The notes below the pieces were generated by a model that saw nothing but the letters and a program-made list of their open reading frames with translations, did no database searches and was not told where the DNA came from. From an uncultured bacterium (GTDB taxonomy: Bacteria > CSSED10-310 > CAZUFC01), in NCBI GenBank assembly GCA_964619725.1, contig CAZUFC010000190.1, positions 1-12,547 of the forward strand: a stretch of 12,547 nucleotides of DNA. Direction: 5' to 3'. The position numbers were made by a program, and so were the translations under genes. This document shows positions 6,858 through 12,547 of the stretch, in pieces; position 1 is the stretch's first letter, and the number at the start of each line of letters is the position of its first letter.

Positions 6858-9287
6858 TTACATCGGCGAGAAGAATGATTCTTTAATTTTGTCGGTTAGC
6901 TTCAAATTTTTCGCGGGGAGATCGCAAATGAAACCGTATTCCGGAAAACATTTTACGGCATTGTTTTTCGCATTTTTTACATAGGCGTCGTTTCCTCCTT
7001 TCAGATCGATGAAGACCGAGAGGCAGGCGCCGCCGTGATAGTCATTGGGTCCGCTTTTGGCTGGGCCGTTGGGGTCAGCGTAGATATCGTCGCCTTTTTC
7101 ATCAATGAAGATGCAGATGGAATTATGAGCAGAAGCTCCCTGCGAGAAACCTCCGCCCAAATATCGATCATCGCCTGCTCTGTCGATGAACAGCGTCACC
7201 GATTCGTCCCAGGCCAGTCCGGCATGAACCGCGTTCCTGGTTTCGTAAACATCGTCTCCGCCTTCGTCTATAAAGGTCCCCAGGGCCTGGTGCGCGCAGA
7301 AACCTTGAGCGTACCGGCTGCCGACGTAATGGTCGGACTTACGTGAAGCATCATGAAGAATGCCCCACCCGTAGTAATATCCGCCGCCCTGAGAAAAGTT
7401 GCCGGCTTCATATTTGTCTTCGCCTTTCAAATCGGCAAGTATGCCTAATCCGCCCGAAGCGTATTTACGGAAACCCACGCCGCAGCCCTGGGACCAGCCT
7501 TCGTAGATGCCCGGCGTTCCGTAACTGGTCGGATAAGTTCCCTTGCAATAGTAATCGTCGTCACCCTCCTCATCCATCAACATTCCCAGGCCGAAAGGCA
7601 TGCCTATTCCCTGGGAATTCAAATGCGACTCATATCGGTCATTACCGTTCCGGTCCAGCGCAACGCCTATGCCCCAAAGGGCGGCTCCCTGGGAATAAGC
7701 GTGAGAGCGATAAACATCATTTCCGTCCTGATCCAGAAGCATCCCTGTTCCCATGATCCCGCATCCCTGGCACCAGCGCAGCCCTATGTAAGAATCATCC
7801 CCTTCCAGGTCCGCCAGGATGCCGATTCCCATGAAACCGGTTCCCTGGGCGAAATTCCGGGTCGATTCATAAGCATCGTCTCCTTCCATGTCAATAACCA
7901 GCGCTCCTCTGATTTCTTGCGTCGAAGAACCCGCATTATTCGTGTAAAAATCATCGCCTCCGAAATCTATGATTATCGCCGCATCAACATCTTTAAACCA
8001 GTTATTGCCCGTTCCTCCCAGAATTATCTTACCATAAGGAGTCTCCCTCTCCGCAATCGTCTCGGCGCTCATCTCTTTTACTTCACCGCGGCAAGTCTTC
8101 CTCAAACTCTCCAGATAACCCGGCTCCAATAGCTTTAATAACTCCCGCGCCGCCCGCCGTAAAGAAACGTAATCTATTTTCCGGGCCGCATCCATCATTT
8201 TTAAATGGCGCTTGAAACGGTCACCGTCCTCATCCAGGTCCAGGTAAATATGACGCTCAAACGCTTCACCAAGACCCTCCAGATTCAACCGGCACACTTC
8301 TCGCTCCTCTTCCGTCATTTCTGAAAATGCCCCGTTAATCAACCCGTCAACCTCCTCCAACACCTCTTCCATCGCATCAAGATGCGCCTCCACTGAATCT
8401 TCAGTCACTATTCCTTCACTGGCATATATCTCATCCTCTCCGTTCAAAATAGGCGCGGCCCTTCCCAAAACAGCGCCTAACCGTTCATCGGAACGCTGAT
8501 GATCCTCCTCCATACCCTCCAGTATCCCATACGCCGCCCTCTCCATGTGAAAAGGATTCCTGTGTAAATACGCATTAACGTTCAATCGAAATCCCTTGTG
8601 ATTCTCCTCCAGCGCCCCCAACCTCTCACGTAAATCCTCGTACGATTCCTCCAGCTCATATCGCTCTATCAGCCGCTCGACGAATTTTTCCAACCGCGGT
8701 CGAAAATCCTGTAATTCCGGATAAATATCGACATCAGAAGGCACGGTGAATTGCCCCTTTTCAGGCCGTGAACCCAAGGTTATTTCCAGTTTGATCCTGC
8801 TTCTCCCCTTCTTCGCCTTCAACATCACTTCTTCCCCGACCTCCGTTCGCCTCAGATATCCCGTCAGATCAGAAAGTTCTTCCTCCTTCATTTCAAGCTT
8901 CTTACCCCACGATTCCCCCTCTATATTCAATTCCTCTCGGATGACCTCCACGCTGACTCGCTCCCCTGCTCCGTAATTCTCCAGCTTCTCGCGAAATAAA
9001 TCATAAACTTCTTCTTTCGCCCCTTCCAATGGAGTTTCGTTAAATACAATCATGACGTCTCCTCGACGTAATCCAGCATCCTCCGCAGGCGAACCCGGGT
9101 AAACGAAATCTATCCTCAGTCCTCCCATGATTTGCTTGCCTTCAAATGATCCCGGCTCCTCCACCGGAGACAACCGCACACCCATATAACCCTGCTCGGA
9201 GGCTGCTCCCACAATTGCCGTTAAAACAATCCATATCGCTATAATATGACTAAAAATAAATCCTGTGTATCTCGTTACAACGCTCAT
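6858..9287 (-). CDS. Secreted PDZ-domain protein with a C-terminal DxxGxDxY/QG repeat solenoid
   Basis: N-terminal hydrophobic signal or anchor. PDZ motifs GYMGVRL and VYPGSPAEDAGLRRGDVM. Acidic helical middle region. About 12 repeats of roughly 26 aa (IIDFGGDDFY, VIDMEGDDAY, LADLEGDDSY ... FIDLKGGNDAY), many followed by (A/C/S)QGxG. Confidence 0.85.
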   Translation of the reverse strand: MSVVTRYTGFIFSHIIAIWIVLTAIVGAASEQGYMGVRLSPVEEPGSFEGKQIMGGLRIDFVYPGSPAEDAGLRRGDVMIVFNETPLEGAKEEVYDLFREKLENYGAGERVSVEVIREELNIEGESWGKKLEMKEEELSDLTGYLRRTEVGEEVMLKAKKGRSRIKLEITLGSRPEKGQFTVPSDVDIYPELQDFRPRLEKFVERLIERYELEESYEDLRERLGALEENHKGFRLNVNAYLHRNPFHMERAAYGILEGMEEDHQRSDERLGAVLGRAAPILNGEDEIYASEGIVTEDSVEAHLDAMEEVLEEVDGLINGAFSEMTEEEREVCRLNLEGLGEAFERHIYLDLDEDGDRFKRHLKMMDAARKIDYVSLRRAARELLKLLEPGYLESLRKTCRGEVKEMSAETIAERETPYGKIILGGTGNNWFKDVDAAIIIDFGGDDFYTNNAGSSTQEIRGALVIDMEGDDAYESTRNFAQGTGFMGIGILADLEGDDSYIGLRWCQGCGIMGTGMLLDQDGNDVYRSHAYSQGAALWGIGVALDRNGNDRYESHLNSQGIGMPFGLGMLMDEEGDDDYYCKGTYPTSYGTPGIYEGWSQGCGVGFRKYASGGLGILADLKGEDKYEAGNFSQGGGYYYGWGILHDASRKSDHYVGSRYAQGFCAHQALGTFIDEGGDDVYETRNAVHAGLAWDESVTLFIDRAGDDRYLGGGFSQGASAHNSICIFIDEKGDDIYADPNGPAKSGPNDYHGGACLSVFIDLKGGNDAYVKNAKNNAVKCFPEYGFICDLPAKNLKLTDKIKESFFSPM

Positions 9288-9482
9288 TATCTCATTTCTC
9301 CATCCTTATACTTTCAAAAAAAATCCTCTTCATCAGTCGCATCCGGGATTATACATGTGTAAGGTAAAAATTGAAATAACTGTTATTTGATCTCTGGTTA
9401 TTTTTACAAGAATTTACTGTTTTCGCTTTTTATACATAATTGCAGTAAATAGCTTAATTCTAGTATTTTAAGCGTTTCCTTA

Positions 9483-9556
9483 TTGAACATCATGTTCAAA
9501 CAAATGCCCAGAAAATGGACTCGTCAGGCAGGCCGAAGCGGTCAGGAAGTCCCTGA
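9483..9556. promoter_or_regulatory. Candidate transcription factor or enhancer-binding-protein sites
   Basis: Perfect TTGAACAT-C-ATGTTCAA (9483-9499), imperfect TGCCCA-N5-TGGACT (9505-9521) and TCAGG-N5-CCTGA (9542-9556), all upstream of the sigma54 motif. Confidence 0.45.
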
Positions 9557-9583
9557 AGCTTTGAATAGCTTAAAAAAAATAAG

Positions 9584-9599
9584 TGGTACGCAGTTTGCT
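9584..9599 (+). promoter_or_regulatory. Sigma54 (RpoN) -24/-12 promoter
   Basis: TGGTAC-GCAGT-TTGCT matches TGGYAC-N5-TTGCW with the exact GG-N10-GC spacing. It is preceded by an A-tract and lies about 80 bp before the protease start. Confidence 0.75.
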
Positions 9600-9680
9600 C
9601 ATGAAAGGACGGTTTTAATCTTCTGATGGAGAAAAGAGGAGACGGCAATAAAAGCAACCATGCATCAAGGAGAATCAAGA

Positions 9681-11903
9681 ATGTCAAAAAAGATGAGCAG
9701 AGAGGGAATTAAGGGCGTCTGGGGAGTCATTTCATCGGCGGCAATTCTGGGGTTATGTTTACTGCTGTTGAATGCAGGAGTGGGAGCGTATGATTTAGGG
9801 AAGGTATCGCCTGATTTAAGGGAGTCTCTGGAGAATTCGCTGGGTAGTTCGGGTTTTAAAACGGAGGAGTTGGACGAATGTGCGATACTGCTTTCGGATG
9901 CACCATCCCGTGGGAAGGGAGCATTGGATCATCGTCGTCGAGTGATCATCCGTTACCGGAAGAATGAGTTACTGGATAGAGCTGAGCTAGGTATTGAGGA
10001 GCGCGGGGGCAGAATCCACAGTCGGACGAATTTTTTACCGTTTATAACAGCGACGTTAAGCGACCGAGCGATATTGGAGTTACTGGACGATGCTTCGGTG
10101 TTGCGGATATCGCCTGATCGAGAATTAAAGATATGTTCGACGCCGGGAACGAGTTACATATCGGCGACGACGGGCGCATCGCAGGTATGGGATGAATATA
10201 AGGGTTCCGGCGTACGGATAGCGGTATTCGATTCGGGTTGTCCCTGGTTTCATCCTGATTTAATGGACGAGTCCGGATTCCGGCGCGTGAAGTTAAGGCG
10301 CAATTTTACGCATGAAGGATGGTACAGGAACACGCGGGACAAGTATGGTCATGGAACGCATGTGGCTGGAATAGTATCGGGCAACGGTTACAGATCGAAG
10401 CAGGAGGGCGACGATTACAGCGGCATAGCTCCGGACAGCGAGCTGGTGATATTCAAGGTATTGGACAAGAAGGGTCAGGGATTAACGAGCTGGGTATTGG
10501 ATGCAGTGGATTATCTTTTGACGTATAATCATTTGATCAACGTCCGGATAGCGAATTTTTCATTAAGTGCGCCGCCGTATGAATCTTACAAGACGGACCC
10601 ATTGAGTTTAGCGGTGAAGGAACTGGTCGATGCTGGTATAACGGTAGTATGTGCAGCGGGCAATCGGGGTCTGAATCAATCGGGGGACAAGGTGTACGGA
10701 GGTATAGGTTCACCCGGGATATCGCCTTTTGTAATAACGGTAGGAGCAGTAGACGGCAAGGGTACGGTTCGTCGCGACGACGATGAGATAGCGTTATACA
10801 GTTCCCGCGGACCGACGCGTTCATATGATGCCGCATCGGGGAAGTATGATGATCTGGTGAAGCCGGACGTGGCGGCTCCGGGGTCGAACATCGTATCGGT
10901 ATACGCATACAACAACAAGCTGGCGAGGAAATATACGGAGCCGGAATATGATATCAAGGTAAAGTCAGGAAACTACAATTATCTGAAATTATCCGGAACG
11001 TCGATGTCCGCGCCGATGGTATCGGGAGCGGCAGCATTGATGCTGGAAGCGAATCCGGCCTTGACTCCTGCGGTCATCAAGGGAATACTGATGATGACGG
11101 CTGAGCCTCTGCCGGGAATTTCGCCTTATGAACAGGGAGCCGGCGAATTGAACATTGAAGGAGCGGTCAGACTGGCGGAAGCGATAGGACAGAATTTCAG
11201 TTCAGTCGAATACGGGATCAATCTTTTTCCGTCGGGTCAGCTTCCCGAACCCCAGTATACAATAATCGGCGGTGAACAAGCGTATTGGGGGCTGGGGAAA
11301 GTGTACCTGGACGATCCTGATTGTAATGGAGACTGCGACGGTGACGGATTAAACGACATGGCGGCGAAAGGCGGAATCTTCTGGCAAAACGGGATACTAT
11401 GGAATGCGAGCGGCGCGTATTATTACGATGGGATAAAGTTCCAGGAAGGCGTGCTGTGGAGCGACGACTGCATGGGTCCCGAGTGTGAAGCGCCTGGCGT
11501 ATTGTGGAGCGATGACTGTATGGATTGCCAGGTTCCTGGAGTATTGTGGAGCGACACGTTTCTTGATTGGAGCGGCGTAGCGTGGGAAAGCGCGGCGTTA
11601 TTGGGGAACGGAAACATCAGCGGCGATTCGATATGCGACGATCCTGCGGGATGTCCTGGCGTGCTGTGGTCGGACGACGTAATATGGGCCGAGACGGTAT
11701 GCAATGATCCGACTTTGTGCCCTGGAGTATTATGGTCAGACGGATTCATACCCGATGCGGACTATAATGAGGATTTGTTCCTGCTGGGCGAGAACATCAT
11801 GGCTGAAGACGACTTTTTCGAATACGGCGAAGACCAGTATGACTGGGATGCACCGGATGACGAAAGCTACGACAGTGAAGAAGACAGCGATCAGTATCCC
11901 TGA
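9681..11903 (+). CDS. Secreted subtilisin-like S8 serine peptidase with a propeptide and GVLWSD repeat tail
   Basis: Signal peptide and I9-like propeptide. Catalytic triad IAVFDSG / HGTHVAG / GTSMSAPMVSG, with oxyanion motif AAGN. Acidic tail with 5 GVLWSD repeats. ATG 9681 follows AAGGAG (9667-9672) and is preferred over 9660. Confidence 0.95.
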   Translation: MSKKMSREGIKGVWGVISSAAILGLCLLLLNAGVGAYDLGKVSPDLRESLENSLGSSGFKTEELDECAILLSDAPSRGKGALDHRRRVIIRYRKNELLDRAELGIEERGGRIHSRTNFLPFITATLSDRAILELLDDASVLRISPDRELKICSTPGTSYISATTGASQVWDEYKGSGVRIAVFDSGCPWFHPDLMDESGFRRVKLRRNFTHEGWYRNTRDKYGHGTHVAGIVSGNGYRSKQEGDDYSGIAPDSELVIFKVLDKKGQGLTSWVLDAVDYLLTYNHLINVRIANFSLSAPPYESYKTDPLSLAVKELVDAGITVVCAAGNRGLNQSGDKVYGGIGSPGISPFVITVGAVDGKGTVRRDDDEIALYSSRGPTRSYDAASGKYDDLVKPDVAAPGSNIVSVYAYNNKLARKYTEPEYDIKVKSGNYNYLKLSGTSMSAPMVSGAAALMLEANPALTPAVIKGILMMTAEPLPGISPYEQGAGELNIEGAVRLAEAIGQNFSSVEYGINLFPSGQLPEPQYTIIGGEQAYWGLGKVYLDDPDCNGDCDGDGLNDMAAKGGIFWQNGILWNASGAYYYDGIKFQEGVLWSDDCMGPECEAPGVLWSDDCMDCQVPGVLWSDTFLDWSGVAWESAALLGNGNISGDSICDDPAGCPGVLWSDDVIWAETVCNDPTLCPGVLWSDGFIPDADYNEDLFLLGENIMAEDDFFEYGEDQYDWDAPDDESYDSEEDSDQYP

Positions 11904-11942
11904 GCATTCTGATCGCGAGTTCGACTGAAAAGAGCAAAGCAG

Positions 11943-11983
11943 GGGAGGCCCGGAATAATGAATGTTCCGGTCCTCTCTTTTTT
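11943..11983 (+). terminator. Rho-independent terminator
   Basis: GGGAGGCCCGGAA-loop-TTCCGGTCCTCTC stem followed by TTTTTT, 40 bp after the protease stop. Confidence 0.75.
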
Positions 11984-11990
11984 ACTTTTA

Positions 11991-12085
11991 TTTTCGTTGG
12001 TTGGTTTATGACTGGTTGCGGGTTTTCGTTGGTTGGTTTATGGCTGGTTGGGGAATTTCTTTTGTTGGTTTATGGTTAGTTTGAG
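11991..12085 (+). repeat. G/T-rich tandem repeat, about 3 x 32 bp
   Basis: TTTTCGTTGGTTGGTTTATGACTGGTTGCGGG, then TTTTCGTTGGTTGGTTTATGGCTGGTTGGGGA, then a degenerate third unit. Confidence 0.8.
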
Positions 12086-12090
12086 AGAAG

Positions 12091-12198
12091 TTTTGGGATT
12101 GATCAATCGGGGTTACACTTCTTTCTAGACTGTCGACAGATTGTTTCAGGGATCGGTATCGGGATCGGGGTCTGTATCAAAATGCAAATCGAAACGAT
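12091..12198 (-). repeat. Inverted, diverged copy of the right end and hexamer tract of the 6624-6790 unit
   Basis: Reverse complement of 12091-12117 is TGTAACCCCGATTGATCAATCCCAAAA. Positions 12151-12198 align without gaps to the reverse complement of about 6676-6723. Confidence 0.75.
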
Positions 12199-12268
12199 GG
12201 GATATTCAGAAAAATATCTTATCATTGATAATAAACCTGTGGAAAGTGATGTTTGGACTGTAATTAAT

Positions 12269-12470
12269 AAGAAAAACAATCCCCCGATCCGCTAATTCTG
12301 AGACTTCGCATCCGTCTCGCCTCAGCATAAGCGCAGCGCACCGCTTTGCTAAGCTTGCTATTATACACGCTTGACACAATAGACGGATGATTTTCATTTT
12401 ACACTTCAAATATAATAATTTATAAAGCTTATCCGTCAGAACGAAAACATATAAAACTGGGCGCCGATCA
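12269..12470 (+). repeat. Composite repeat unit, copy 3 (short form)
   Basis: Runs AAGAAAAACAATCCCCCGATCCGCTAAT...ATAAAACTG and is homologous to about 6049-6242. It then goes straight into a junction (CGATCA, 12465-12470), lacking both module A and the block that contains module B. Confidence 0.8.
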
Positions 12471-12547
12471 AAAATGGCCATGTCAGGGTTAAAATTTCTC
12501 AGTTTGAATCCTTCGTGCTCGTGCTCAGTGCAGCGGTAATCGTAATC
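12465..12547 (+). repeat. Start of a further unit (left junction plus TCG-periodic tract), cut by the window end
   Basis: CGATCA-N16-GGTTAAAATT followed by TCGTGC TCGTGC TCAGTGCAGCGGTAA TCGTAA TC. Confidence 0.6.

Noticed and set aside
824-11928. Other short ORFs overlapping the main genes (e.g. 2626-3147, 4525-4995, 7623-8132, 11423-11749)
   Set aside because: They are antisense or alternate-frame shadows of well-supported CDSs. The HNTPG repeats in 11423-11749 simply mirror GVLWSD.
12206-12481. 91-aa minus-strand ORF in scaffold copy 3, and ORFs 3495-3731, 3738-4022, 3758-3946 and 6376-6591
   Set aside because: Frames are not preserved between repeat copies (for example LLCQ in copy 3 is LLC-stop in copy 1), and there are no recognisable domains or transposase motifs.

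Overview
Bacterial genomic window with six protein-coding genes. On the minus strand are a short, possibly truncated GNAT acetyltransferase, a membrane-anchored sulfatase-like (alkaline phosphatase superfamily) enzyme with a non-canonical WTLPS motif, an orphan cytoplasmic PAS histidine kinase, and a secreted PDZ protein with about 12 DxxGxDxY repeats. On the plus strand are an FAD-dependent oxidoreductase and a secreted subtilisin-like S8 protease with a Cys-spaced GVLWSD repeat tail, preceded by a strong sigma54 promoter match. The most unusual signal is non-coding. Three long intergenic regions (about 3474-4505, 5871-6790 and 12091-12547) are built from one family of modular, nested repeat units. 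Units are bounded by a TTGATCA core, with a left-junction motif (YGATCA-N16-GGTTACAATT-like, 4 copies) and a right-junction motif (TGT(T)AACC-Nx-TTGATCA(G/A)TCCCAAAA, 3 copies). They differ by gain or loss of hairpin modules flanked by 6-7 bp direct repeats. No transposase, integrase, reverse transcriptase or cas gene is in the window, so any mobility mechanism is inferred. All alignments were done by eye and no database searches were run.
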